Shown here: in pieces, positions 41,836 through 54,627 of the stretch | Position numbering within the stretch: the stretch's first letter is position 1 | Layout: each line of letters starts with the position of its first letter | Assembly: GCA_020536535.1 (NCBI GenBank) | Contig: JAHLWZ010000725.1 | Coordinates: forward strand, 6,904 to 70,903 | DNA: 64,000 nt | Origin: Pelomyxa schiedti | Lineage: Eukaryota; Protista; Evosea | Direction of reading: 5' to 3' | Notes under the pieces: model-generated | What the model saw: the letters and a program-made list of their open reading frames with translations, nothing else | What the model was told of the DNA's origin: nothing | Databases searched by the model: none | Translations under genes and position numbers: made by a program

Positions 41836-44800
41836 ATGGACTATGAGGAAGAGGAGGATGAAGCGTTGCCTAGTGGTAGTGTCGCAACCACAAACACTTC
41901 AAGCAACAACGTTGTTACGACCACCAACGCCGTTGCACCAAGTACCGTCGCGGCAACGCCACCGCCCATGGTTCTTTTATCTCCTCTTTTTACGTGGGCT
42001 GTTCGCTGTAACTTTTGTTTTGCTCTTTTCTCTCTCTGACTTGCGCACTAGCAAGTTGTGTCCCCTGGTGGAAGGCAGCAATTTGCTAGTACTTCCTCCT
42101 TCATCCAACGTAAGTGCCATTTCTCACCATACAAGAATTGAATGTATCCCTTCCAAAGGTCTCCTTGGTCCTAGAGGAGCCCCACAACCCAAACAAACAG
42201 TGGCACTACCTCCGACGTTACTAAACATTAAGGCATCTCCTCAAGATCATCGTACTCCCTCTACTCCAACACCTACTCCCACATTCACCACCACCCCCTC
42301 CCGATCGCCGCAGGGGCCACAGCTCAATGCCACTCCTAAGCAAATTACTGCCACTAAACCACAAGGTGGACAAAGTACTATTGTACAAAATAGACAACCT
42401 GCACCTCAGCAAGTACACTCACTATCAAATCCACCACCTACTCAAACACCCCCATTGACTCCTGACACTGCCCAAGTGATTCAGAAGCAATCAAATGAAT
42501 TACAGCAAGTAAAGCCAAAGCCACCACCCAGAGGTCTACAGCAACCTGCCACTCAATCACCATCAGGTAATCAACGAACACTTCAGAAGCCACCACCAAA
42601 TCAGGTCAAGCAAGTAGCTAAGCCTGTGGCAAAATTGTCACCTTCACAACAGCAGGCCAATGCGCCACAGACTCCAACACAGATACAAGCCCAACTACAC
42701 CCGCGACCACAGCAGCACCCACAGGTGCCACTGCAGACCCAGACCCAGACGCAGACGCAGCCACAGACGCAGGCACAGGCCCAGCCACAGCCACAAATGC
42801 AACCACAGGCACCTCCACCACAGACACAAACCCAATTGCAACTACGAGCACAACTACAAGCCCAACCGCAACCACCATTGCAGCCACAGCAACAACCTCA
42901 AACGCCTCTACAACCCCAACAGCAAACACTTCCACAACCACAGACACTGTTGCAACCGCATCAGCAGGTAACACCAGCTGAACAAACGCAACTTCAGATA
43001 GAGCAACCAGTTTTGGTGGGTCCTTTTTTTAAATAACATTTGTCAGTTCTCTCTTCTAAGACTGTATTGCCTTTGACTTGCAGGCATCACCAACCAAAAC
43101 TGAGCCAAACAACTCCTCATCTACATCATCAACCTGCCTGCAGAATGTAGAAAGACAGGCGATAAAACAAGAAGTAGAGCAAAACAACGAAACTCTAGCT
43201 CAACCTATTGCTGAGTCACAACTGCAAGCAGCCCCAGCGAATTTATCACAAGCACAAACTCTCCCAAATCCAACCACCCAATCTACAACTCCATCTACGC
43301 ATCCCCCCACTGAGTCCCCTTCAATCCCTCCACTTCTTAATCCTACCGAGATCGTCAGAAGTATACCTCACATATCTAAGCCATCTGTTGAATTTCAAAA
43401 AGTTTTCTCTTCTTTCATCTGTCTTCTTTCTTTTCTTCTTTTTCTTTCTGTTTCTTTGTTCCCTTCAGCTTACCTGTTACCAGGCTGAAGAAGAAATTCT
43501 GACTGATATCTATGATTCTGAAGCTTGGATCATATTATTACGGGAATTAGCAAATGCCAGCACATCGGCTCTTAGCTCTGGGTATAGTACATTCTTGAAA
43601 GTTTTTCCAACATCAGTATGTACTGGCAGTATTGCAAAGTTCCTTATAGTATTCTAGGGGAAATACTGGAAAACCCTAATTGACCTTGAACTAAGAGAAA
43701 AGAATTTTGAGAAGGTAGACGAAATCTTCAAGATGTGTCTTCTGCAGTGCCCCTTTGTGGATCTTTGGAAGGCATACTTGCAGTACATAAAGTTGTTGAC
43801 TCTGGATAAACCCACTGCGTATGAAGTCTAACTTCAACAAATCTAATCACCAAAAAAAGACGTGAAGAGTTATCCAAAGCCTATGAGTTCGCACTGCAAC
43901 ACATTGGATATGATATTGGTGCCACACTCATATGGCTAGAATATCTTGAGCACTTGAAAAGTGAAAAGGTTGCACTTATACTCCAATACTTCTACTAAAT
44001 ATGTGTAGCCAACAACTCAACGTGAAGAAGGAAATAAAATTGTATTGGTAAGAAAAACTTACCACCGTGCATTGCGTGTACCAATGCATGGCCTAGAGAC
44101 TGTCTGGCATGACTACGAAGCCTGGGAAGGCACATTCAATCCCATGATGGTGAGGGAGACACCTTGAACCAATCCAACACACTCTAGGTGAACCGAATGA
44201 CTGAGGAACATTCACCAAGCTACCAGGCAGCCAAAGCCACCTATCGTGACCGCAAGGCACTAATGGACGGCATATCCAGAAACATCTTACCACGGCCTCC
44301 AAGAGGTCTTGATAAGGAAAATCATCAGGTTGGTAATCCATTGAAAGGAAATCGATCAAATTCCAATTTGATTCCAAGGTACAATTATGGAAAAAGCTCA
44401 TTGCATTTGAGAAGTCAAACCCTCAACGCCTTAATGAAACCGAGCAAGTTGCGGGAAGGGTAACCTTTACCTATAATCAGTGCTTATTGTCTTTGTATCA
44501 TTATCCGGAAATGTGGTAAGGGAAATTCCACACATCACTTCAAGCCAATACCAAAAGGATTGATGCGGCCACATATCAAGAAGAACGTGCAAATATTCCA
44601 GAAGCATCAGTATTTTATGAAAGGAGTACAATTGCCGTGCCTAATTGTACCCTGTTGTATTTCCTTCATGCCGATATGCTCGAGGCACACAAAAAAATTG
44701 CGGTTTCTCCCCTTTTTTCTTTACATATATTCACCACCAAACTATGTACCCTGAAGGAAGCTCGTGCGGTCTATGAAAAACTCATGACTATTTCCAGTGA

Positions 44801-46221
44801 CCCCTTGGTTTTCATACAATTTCAGCGTTTTGCTCACAGAGCCGAGGTTTTCTTTCATTTCTAGCCTCAAAAAAGAAACCCAACACAACTCCCTTTATCT
44901 CAAGGGCAAATAGCACCTGCGCAATTAGCACCCTGCTTTAGATTCATGTGGTGGATTTTCCTCTAACAACACCACCTCAACGCAGTCTAAAACAGGCAAT
45001 TTTTGACCAATTCTCAGGGGATGCAAGCCGCAAGGAAAGTCTTTCTGAAAGCCCGACAGAGCCCTGGTTGCACATTCCACGTTTATGTCGCCTCAGGTAT
45101 CAACACTTTAAATTGAGTTATATCTTATTGCTCCAAGCTTTGCTCGAGTATTTTGTCAACAAGGACACTATTGTTGCACGGAAAATATTTGAATTTGGAC
45201 TCAACCAATTTATGCATGAGCCTGGCTACATCCGAGAATATTTTAACGTAATATGGAAAAAACCTGTGTTTTTCTCTCACAAATAATCCAGTTTTTGTGC
45301 CACTTAAACGAGGAGAACAGTATTTCACTTCCTAGTGTTATGTTAATAATTTTTTGAAGATATAAGATCCTTGTTTGAGCGAGTTTTGAGCTCAATGCCG
45401 AAGGATAAGGCTTATGAGACTTGGAATCTATTCATCTCATTTGAGAAAATATGTGGAGACTTGGAATCATTGAATAAGCTCGAGCATAGGCAGCTACTGA
45501 CATATCCAGAAATAGGTGTGTCTCCGTTTTTTGCGGCAAACAATTTACTTTGCTTTTTCTGGTAGACCAAGGGATGATACACCGATTTGTATCAAGATAT
45601 AGGTATCTCGACTTGCTGCCTTGTTCGCAAGGAATTATAGAATCATTTGGTTTGTCCCGCCAGGTTTGAATGTGTTGAATCTGAATCATGGTAGGTAAAG
45701 AGCACGCCTCAGACAGTATTAGTACTTCTAGGACTTCCGGAACTTCACAGGCTCCATTTAGAGACCCAAAGCATCTCGCAAGACCCAATCTCTCCCTACT
45801 GGTTCCTTATTCTTTCTTATCGCTTTTCATTTTTAACTCTTTGCAACAACAGATCCCTTACCCACCCCCTGAACCATCCTTAACAGGTTTTCTTCTAACC
45901 AACTCCCATAATAGTACCTAACCGCATCTAGATTTGCCGCCGGCTGTTGCGAATCTGCTGCACATTCTCCCATCAGCTGCCTCCTACACAGGACCAATTG
46001 TCAACATCGACCAACTCCTCCAGACTCTCTCTGACAGGAAGCGTGGCCGACAAGAAGAGGAAGAGGAAAGCCAACCCGGTATGCTGTTCATTTTTTGTTT
46101 TCAGATTTCCCTCATATCACGCATAGCAGCCACAACAGCCTCTCCTTCGACAGCCAACAGGCCCCCATTGAACGACCTGTATAGAAACAGACAGGCAGCC
46201 AAATACCAACGAATAGGCTAA
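41836..46221 (+). CDS. CSTF3: Cleavage stimulation factor 77 kDa (HAT repeats) with long Q/P-rich N-terminus
   Basis: DIYDSEAW, FPTSGKYW, VDLWKAYLQYI, RALRVPMHGLETVWHDY, WKKLIAFEKSNP, RVTFTYNQCL, ARKIFEFGL and NDLYRNRQ. Confidence 0.92.
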
Positions 46222-46370
46222 TCTCTCTTGTTGTTAATTACGCCGTCAAACAAAAATCCAAAGAAATGCATTTTACGCCTTTTATGGGAAATCATCACGC
46301 ACAATTTGATGATGCCTTGATTGTTTTTCGTGATTACAACATCAAAGGGAAAAGCAAACGACGCGCGTCG

Positions 46371-49300
46371 ATGGACGCAAAGCAAACGGCACTTTTTGAG
46401 CTTTTGTGCCGCGACCAAGACCAACCGCCTCCAGCTTGGGATGTTGCCGGTACCATAATTTGTTTGCGGGGGATTTAAAACACACAATAACATAAAACGC
46501 TACCCTCGCGGAGGTGTTTCTCGATTTCTCGAAAATAAATGCATAGACTCTAAACATACCTTTAAAAAACAAAAAAAAAAAAAAAAGATTGTTCACTTGG
46601 GTCTGAGGGAGCAGCTTTTGTGGCTGCTGTTATGACTACTCACAGAAGCATTCACACACTAAAAATAAGCAGTACCTGTATACTATAAATGTTGTCCTAT
46701 TGACACCTATACAAGAAAATTCCATTGGCAGTGTTGGGGTGAAGTGTATTTGTGACGCTCTCAAGTCATACCAAAACTTGAGCTGGCTCGACCTTTCATG
46801 TTTGGTCCTATTTATTTGTCCCCCTCTTATACCATTGAATCAGGCAACTCTCTTGGTTCCGAGGGAGCAGACCTTGTGCAGTCAGCGTTGACCCATAACT
46901 GCACAGTAACATTTTTAGATGTTCATGGTAGAATTTGAAATGATTCATTTGGGTAACTAATTGATATTCTCTAGCCAACTCCTTTGGGGATGTTGGAGCG
47001 AATTCCATCGCTACTCTTTTGCGGTCGAATAACACACTCACATCCTTGGATGTGTCAGGTACAAGCTTTTTGCATTTATCCACGGCATTAACTCTCTTAG
47101 ACAACAATTTTGCGTCCTCTGGACTTTCTGCTATTGCAGAGGCTGTACCAGACAACAAGACTCTCTTGTCAATAACACTTGATCAAGCCACATCGAGCAC
47201 AAAACGGGCTTTCTTTTCTCGGAGAGAGAATTTCTATACGTGCACCAACCTATGTGAGTCTTATTTTGTTTACTTTCCCTCCAAAGAAAAATTTTAATAA
47301 TAAAAAGCAAGGTTACAGGCAGAGGAATTGCAGGCTTACATGGAAGCTCTACAGTGTGGTAATATCTTCTCTCCATTAGCCTGAAATTTCTCATAAATCC
47401 AGATAACCCACTCAAGAAAATAAGAAAAAAAATCAAGGGTTTGGTAGAAAATAATCGACGCTCAGTCTGTGATATTTTGCAACACTATGGAATACCTGAA
47501 ACTTGCTCCTCCAGTTGCAAAGACAAATTTATAGTTGCTATGCAGGATTGCATTTCACGTGACGCACCTCATCAACTCTCTGTCATACTAAACGCACGAT
47601 ATATGCACTACAACCACTGGAGTACACAAACTCCTCTATCTGCTTCAGCACAAATTCAACCGTGTCCATCAACACCAGCAACAACTTTTGTACAAACTCA
47701 GAACTATGTCTCACTCTTCTCAGACCAAGAGTCAATACAGACTCTGCTCAATTCATCTTATCGAATGTGTGTACTTCTTCTACAAAATTTTGTGTGTGAA
47801 TTCCGGTATATGCCATCATGGCAAGCCTCGCAACTTGTAAAAGTTGTCATGCAGAAAAAAGGAGTCACAAAGGATGAATTGTATGAAGTGATATGGATGT
47901 TGGCACGTGAATGGGCAAGGGCAGCCAATTGGCAAGCATTCAAGACTGTACTGGGGATGATGCAACATGCCGATCTGTCTTATCTTAACCTCTCAAATAT
48001 ACCTTCTGACATATGCATAATGTTAGTGAATACTGGGTGCTCACATCTTGACCTGACAGGGAATCATATTGACTCGCTTCCATCAATACTTCATGCTATC
48101 CGCTCTGTTACATTGTCTGGAAATCCCCTCAAGAACCTCCCTCCATCCTTTAGATCCGCACCTTGGCCCAAGGTCCAGCAGTTTCTTATGTGTAACGAGT
48201 CTCCGTGCAAGTGGAACAGAAGAAAGTTAGTGCTACTTGGTGATGAAGATGCAGGGAAAACATCTCTTCTGCAATGTCTTAAGAAGGGGGGACAAGTTAC
48301 TGTGAAAAGTGATTCAACAAATGGCATTTCCATCTCAAAGGCTTTCAGAGTGCGCAAAAACAGCAAAATAAAGTGGACTGCATGGGATCTGGGTATGCTT
48401 TGAAGCAACTTTCCATTGAACTTACTGGGTAATTAGAAGGACGAGACAGTCATGCACAGTCAAATCAGTTCTTTCTAGTTTCCAAGTCAGTATTTTTCCT
48501 TGTGTTCAACATCTATACACTATCGCAACAACTGCTGGAATTCTCTAAAAACAAGGTGGAAATAGAGACGCCCTCGATCAAGCAATTGCTTTGGTGGGCG
48601 AAGCAGATCAGAGTATCACAAAACACCAGCATGGCCAACAATGTAAAGCTGTCAATCTTCTTGGTCGGTACACAGTTAGATAAAATTACGGACACACAAC
48701 AAGCAGCAGAAGCGTTAGTCACAGCAGTACAAAAAGTTTTGCCACATTTCAAACCAGTTCTTCACTGCTCTGCCTTTGCCTTAAGTTGCTTTACTGGGAA
48801 TACTTTATATATTGAAGATGTAAACAAGCTGGACATAGTTCAGGATATTGGGAATGGTTTTCCACAATTGATTGAAAGTTTGGAAGCCTGCACTACCACA
48901 GAGGAATATGTCTCTGTTAAATGGGTAGCACTTCAAAAACACATTACGAAGGGGCCATTCAAGGATACCCCTACAATTACATGGAATATTTTTTTGGAAA
49001 CTGCTAAAGAACTGGGAATTGGAATATCACATGCATCTCACTGCAGCAGTTCACAAGATTTACCATCATTTGCCTCACAGTACGCATGTGCTGCTGCACT
49101 ATCCACTGTAACTAGATTCGCTTCTTTGTGTTTTGGGGGGGAATGGAACGTATCTCCGATTGCAGAAAGCACCCAAGAAAGGGAAATTTTGGAGTGTGCA
49201 AATTTCCTTGCTGATGCAGGTTCTATAATACACTTCAGGCCAAGAAATGGAATCAACACCAAACGGGCTCATCAGTCTGATATCCTTCAAGATATGGTTG

Positions 49301-52300
49301 TACTCAAGCCTGAGTGGCTAACTAGTGTTATGAATGTTGTTGGGAGGTCAGGCAAGTGGATTGTAAATGGCATTATGAAACATCAACATGTACACAAAGT
49401 ATTCAAACAGTTTCCTGTAGGCACACACAAACCAATCCTAGAACTTCTGCAGCAATTTGAGATTGCATATGCCGTTCAGGATGGGTTCCTCCTGCCCTGT
49501 AGTCTTCCCACAACTTGTGGCGTTGTATCTCTTGATGCTAACTCCCTTCTCCCTGATTGGTGCCCTTTTAAGCTGGGAATCACTGCTACCATTCCACATA
49601 TCCCCAATACTGGGGCTGTGAACACTGATGTGGGAAAGAGAAATAGGGGGATGTTATGTGACTATGCGTTGTGTGGCCGGGTGTTTAAGCTTCAATTTAT
49701 TCCCATTGGAATGTTTTCCAGACTGATGATTCGTATACTTGGGATACCTGGTGTATCGTTGGGAGGCATATGGAGAAATGGGATGTTTATTCACACGAAA
49801 TCTTCTTCAGGCAAAATCAACTGCTGTGCTCTCATCACTTTTTATGAAGAAATGCGTTCGATTTCCCTCCAAATTTGTACTCCAGCAATTGCGCCCTCTT
49901 CACGACTGAAACCAACAATTTCTTGTGCCAAGCTTACTATCACAAGAAGGGCTTCAACTTATGTCTGTGGCGGTAGAGAGACGAATGAAAAAATGGGCAG
50001 TCAACTGTTTTCTACTGTAATTGATGCTATTACCGCGTTTATCAGAGGATGCAACCTTTCTGATGATACAGAACAACTTATCCCATGTCCACATTGCATG
50101 GCCTCGTCACATGCTCACCGTTGTGCCCTTTGCAGGCAGAATTATTGTATGCTCAGTGAAACAAATTCCACCAACTCCGAACCTCCTCCGATACCTAGCA
50201 CAGTCCCACGAGAAGACTGCCTCTTTTGGTTTTCCTTCCGCGAATGTGTAGATGCTGTCAAGAGTGGCAGTGGAACACTGCAGTGCAAAGCACGTCTTAC
50301 GCTTTCCAAATCATTTCTTTCGAGTAGCAGTGATGAGTCTACACATCAGATTTCCATCTCCATTGTTGCCCCGGATATTGCACTAGCACATTTGCCTCTA
50401 ATTTCACCAGAATCTTTAATATGTGGCCCTGTGTTTGCCTCTGGAGGCTTTGGGAAAGTCTTAAAAGCTGAATGGAAGGGTAGAAAAGTTGCAGTAAAAC
50501 GACCTCATGTTGAAGAAGCGCGTGCTTTATCCGAGTTTGCATATGAAGCTGGAATTATGAGTTCTCTCCCTCCACACCAAAATCTTGTTCAATTTTTCGG
50601 CGTTTGTGCGCGGCCGCAGTTCATGCTAGTTATGGAACTTATACAACCAGTTTCTGCACCTTCCAGTTTAATTCCAAGTTCCTCTATACAACCTTGGCAT
50701 CAGTTTTTTTTGAAATTTGGTGCTCCTAAGAAACCAGACCTCGGTTCTCTCGTGCTCTACATCCTGGAAGGGACCAGTGCTCTCATACAACAATGCAGAG
50801 AAGGTGAATCTCCACTTTCTTCGTTTGCCACTCTTTTTGGCAAACTGGGAGAGAACGAAATTTCTTCTGTGGAAGAAAAACGTATCAAACGGGAGGTTTT
50901 TGATTTGATTATGCCTCTCAAGCTTCGAGAACGAATATTGCACGACATTGCCTGTGGCCTCAATCACTTACACAGTCAGTTTCCGCCTCTTATACACAGT
51001 GACTTGCATTCTGGTATGCCTCCCGGAACAAACTACCAACACTCATCAAAAAAGGCAATGTTTTCATTTGCAGCCTTGATAGTAATCAGGGGCCGTGGGC
51101 AAAGGCATGACACTTGTTGTTTTGTTTTGACCTCATAAAAGATTTCCGATTTTGGTCTCTCTGAAGTGCTGTATGCTGGGAAAGCTTTGGGAAGCAGGAA
51201 TGATTTCCAATGGTTTGCACCAGAAGTTTTGAATGGTGATAAGTACGACTCGAAAGCTGATATGTGGAGTTATGGTAACTTTTTTCTTCGTTGTCACAAC
51301 TTATTGAAATAGAATTAAGGGATGATTGCTCAGATGTTAGTTGATCCCCTTCTATCACCTTGGTGGAAATTAATGGGTGACCAATTGTATTCGTCACTTG
51401 TGATGGTAAGGGGTGAACCACATCTAGAACTGGACTCTTTGAAGGTTACTGAAGCCCTTGTGAACGGAAAAGTTTTACCTTCCCCGCCTCCAATTCAGCC
51501 ATCCGAAGAAAGTCCTTCTGGTACCCCAGTGTTTGTTGTCTAATCCTTTGTCAATAACGAGTAATAGGGTGTCCAAAATGGGCTAATGATTTGATGACAT
51601 GGTGTTGGAGACCTCCGTATCTCCGTCCTACTGCTTTTCAAATTACAAAATGGCTTGAAGGGTAAACTCTATCTTCACAATATTTATCACTCAGTGTTCC
51701 AGAGGGTGCACTCTATCCCCGTTAATCGTAGATATGGATACCCCCTGTAGTGAATGTTCACCTTATCCTTCACCAATTTCAAAGCTCCTATGGGTTGGAA
51801 CGAACTTGTGGTGTGGACATACAAATGGAGTAGTATCTATGGTGCACCACATAAGCCGGCATTTCAGTTTACACGAGAGTAAAGTGGTGAAAATATGGCA
51901 AGCTCATGGAGGATCAAGATCGAATATTACTTCCTTGCTTTGGGTGCGGAATGTCGTACAATGCGGTATTGTACTTAGTGCCACAGCTGCTGGGGAGATT
52001 AAAGTCTGGGAAGAACAGGGACCAGCAATTTTGGAGAATCCAACAAAAGCAAATCTACCGGAAAATCCACGCCCTGCACCACCTGAGCCCAAGCCATTGG
52101 CAACACAGCTAAACACTGATACTACAAGCGAACATGCACGAGGAATTTCATGTTTGGTCAGTGTCTGCAATGGAAAAAAGCTGTGGTGTGGAGATGTGTC
52201 TGGAGGAATTACCGTATGGCACATTCAGACCATGAACTCAATCACACGCGAATCTCAGTTTGCAGCATCCGACCTTGCCTACTCCCTGCGGGGGCCCGTC

Positions 52301-53257
52301 GGGGTCCCGCAACCAAACGGGATGGTGATAGCCATGGCGACACTATACCCGCCGCAGCCCTCACGGACACACGCCGAATGCGTGCTAGTGAGCTTCTCCC
52401 GCGGCCCCCTGGTGCTGTTCTCCGTGAGGTCGTGCCTGCCTGTCCGCCTCATCCAGCACCCAGGGATAGACAGCCACATGCAGGCCGCGTGCAGCGTCGC
52501 GGTCGCGAACATATGCGGCCACGCGCAGCCCGAGGCGAGCAAGGAGCCCTCGCTGCTCTCCCCGCTCCCGTCGCCGCTGCCCGGGGCCTCCCCGCTGCTC
52601 CTGCACCGCGAGAGCCTGCTGTCCTCCCTGCTGTCCTCCAAGGGAGGCCTCTCGACGTCCTCGGTGCACCCCGCGCCGCTCCGCGGGCCGACCGCCGCCC
52701 CCGTCACGCGAAAGTACCCCGACGGGTCGCTCACCGCGGCGTCGCAGCAGTTCTCGGCCATCCTGCCGTCGCCCAACTCCACCATCTGGCTCGGCACCAC
52801 CGGCGGCGTCGTGGCCTGCTGGGACGTCCTCTTCAACAGCACGGACAAGTACCCGCTCATACTGCCCCACAGCAGCTTCACGGTCCACAGCGGCTTCGTC
52901 AACTGCCTCACGACCTGCTGCACCTCGCCCGAGACCGCGACGGGCTCCTTGCTGCTGCCGCAGGGCGCCGCCGTCGTGGGCACGCCGTCGGCCTCGGCCT
53001 GCGGGACTAAGAGGCCGGACCACCACCACCTGGTGTTCTCGTCGTCGCAGGACGGGACGGTGGCCGTGTGGGACGCCGCGCAGCACACACAGCTGCAAGT
53101 TGTGGAAATAGACGCGGAGAACAGCGTAAGCTGCATCTGTGCGCACACTGGCACTGGATGCCAGTCGACAAGCACGGGTGTGAGATCTCCATCACAGTGC
53201 ACGGTAGTAACATGCTCACCACACAAAGATGCACAACTCGAAGTGTGGTGCCTGTAA
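46371..53257 (+). CDS. ROCO protein: RI-type LRRs, LRR, Roc, COR, kinase, WD40 (Pats1/LRRK-like architecture)
   Basis: LRRs (LTSLDVS, LDLTGNHIDSLP), LLGDEDAGKTS, STNGI, WDL, LVGTQLD, COR (LKPEWL, FIPIGMFSRL), kinase GGFGKV/VAVK/HSDLHSGN/DFG/WFAPE, and a WD-like tail (SSSQDGTVAVWD). Confidence 0.88.
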
Positions 53258-53542
53258 AATAACCAAAGAGTGAATTTAACACCTATGTCCGCTGCTAAGT
53301 TTCGGTAGTGCTACTTAATAGATTGGAATGGTGGCAAGGGAGCCACATGCACGGTAACTGTAGTCCCACAGAGTAGGATCTGTAAGCCTCTCGGGAATCT
53401 CTGGGATACCGCCAGGTCCGAGGGATAACAAACCTACATGTTCTGGAACAGCAGCTTTACTTTATGGTAAGTACAACCAACCAACAAAGCACAAGAAAAT
53501 AGGGTGTAAAAAACTAAATAAAAGAATCCCTAGAAAAAGTTA

Positions 53543-53614
53543 TGAGGACGAAGGGACTTGAACCCCCAACCGTCAGATCTGGAGTCTGACGCACTACCAT
53601 TATGCTACGTCCCC
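53543..53614 (-). tRNA. tRNA-Trp (CCA)
   Basis: GGGGACG acceptor, anticodon arm TCAGA-CTCCAGA-TCTGA, T-loop TTCAAGT and a downstream oligo-T. Confidence 0.95.
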
Positions 53615-53997
53615 TTTCTGTAGCAAGGCTTCTGTTGTTGTTCTGTGTTTCAGGCAGAACAAAAAACCCACATAAAATGAAACAAAGAAGTAGCGAAACC
53701 CACCCAAAAGTGGCGAGCACAGCGAGCGACGACTGGGGCTACTGCTGCTCCCCAGTCAAGCAACCAGAGAGTGGTGCCAACAGAGCTGAATAACAAACCC
53801 CATTGCCTCACTGTCAGAGTGTGGCTCTTCCATGAGGATTGTGAGGGGAGAAAGCTGTGACAAAGAAGCTTTAGCTTTTTAGGGGCTCTGCTCTCTGTCT
53901 GGGCTTAAAAAAAACAAAAAAAAAAATTTCTTTCCTTCATCAAAAGGAGGAGGCCAGCGTTATTTTCAGCTCATTTTAGTGTACCTTTTTTTCAGTA

Positions 53998-54069
53998 GGG
54001 CGTATAGCTCAGTGGTAGAGCATGAGACTGCAGATCTTGGGGTCGGCGGTTCAACTCCGCCTGCGCCCT
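53998..54069 (+). tRNA. tRNA-Cys (GCA)
   Basis: GGGCGTA/TGCGCCC acceptor, U73 discriminator, loop CTGCAGA, GGTTCAACTCC and a T-run terminator. Confidence 0.95.
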
Positions 54070-54298
54070 TCAATATTTTTTTTCTTTTTCTTCTTCTTCT
54101 TGTTTGTCATACAACTCACATTTTTTTTAACTACAGTACAACCAGTGTCAAAGCAGAACCCCATGTCAAGAAAGAAAGAAGCTGAGACAAAGGCAGGAGG
54201 AGGAGGACAGTGCGTACAACGAAAAACCTCCACCACTACACTATACTCCTAAAAAAAAAAAGAAAAATGGCCACGAGGCGAACAAAAAAAAAAGGAAT

Positions 54299-54370
54299 TG
54301 GTCCTGCCCAGTGTTGATCTGGGGACCCACACCACGTCAAGATGTTGTGATACCGTTACACCACAGGACC
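54299..54370 (-). tRNA. tRNA-Val (GAC), atypical T-loop
   Basis: GGTCCTG/CAGGACC acceptor, anticodon arm ACATC-TTGACGT-GGTGT, T-arm CCCAG-ATCAACA-CTGGG and a T10 terminator. Confidence 0.85.
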
Positions 54371-54484
54371 TCAGAAGTAATATTCTGGAACAGCAGCTTT
54401 ACTTTATGGTAAGTACAACCAACCAACAAAGCACAAGAAAATAGGGTGTAAAAAACTAAATAAAAGAATCCCTAGAAAAAGTTA

Positions 54485-54627
54485 TGAGGACGAAGGGACT
54501 TGANNNNNNNNNNNNNNNNNNNNNNNNNNNNNNNNNNNNNNNNNNNNNNNNNNNNNNNNNNNNNNNNNNNNNNNNNNNNNNNNNNNNNNNNNNNNNNNNN
54601 NNNGCACTACCATTATGCTACGTCCCC
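54485..54627 (-). tRNA. Second tRNA-Trp copy interrupted by a scaffold gap
   Basis: Both ends are identical to 53543-53614. The anticodon lies within the N run at 54504-54603. Confidence 0.75.

Noticed and set aside
52150-53226. Long overlapping ORFs in other frames and on the opposite strand
   Set aside because: High GC3 removes stop codons. The WD40 frame explains the region.
53320-53440. 5S rRNA next to the tRNAs (TGGGATACCGCC similarity)
   Set aside because: It lacks the AGTAC loop E, the loop C motifs and helix I pairing.
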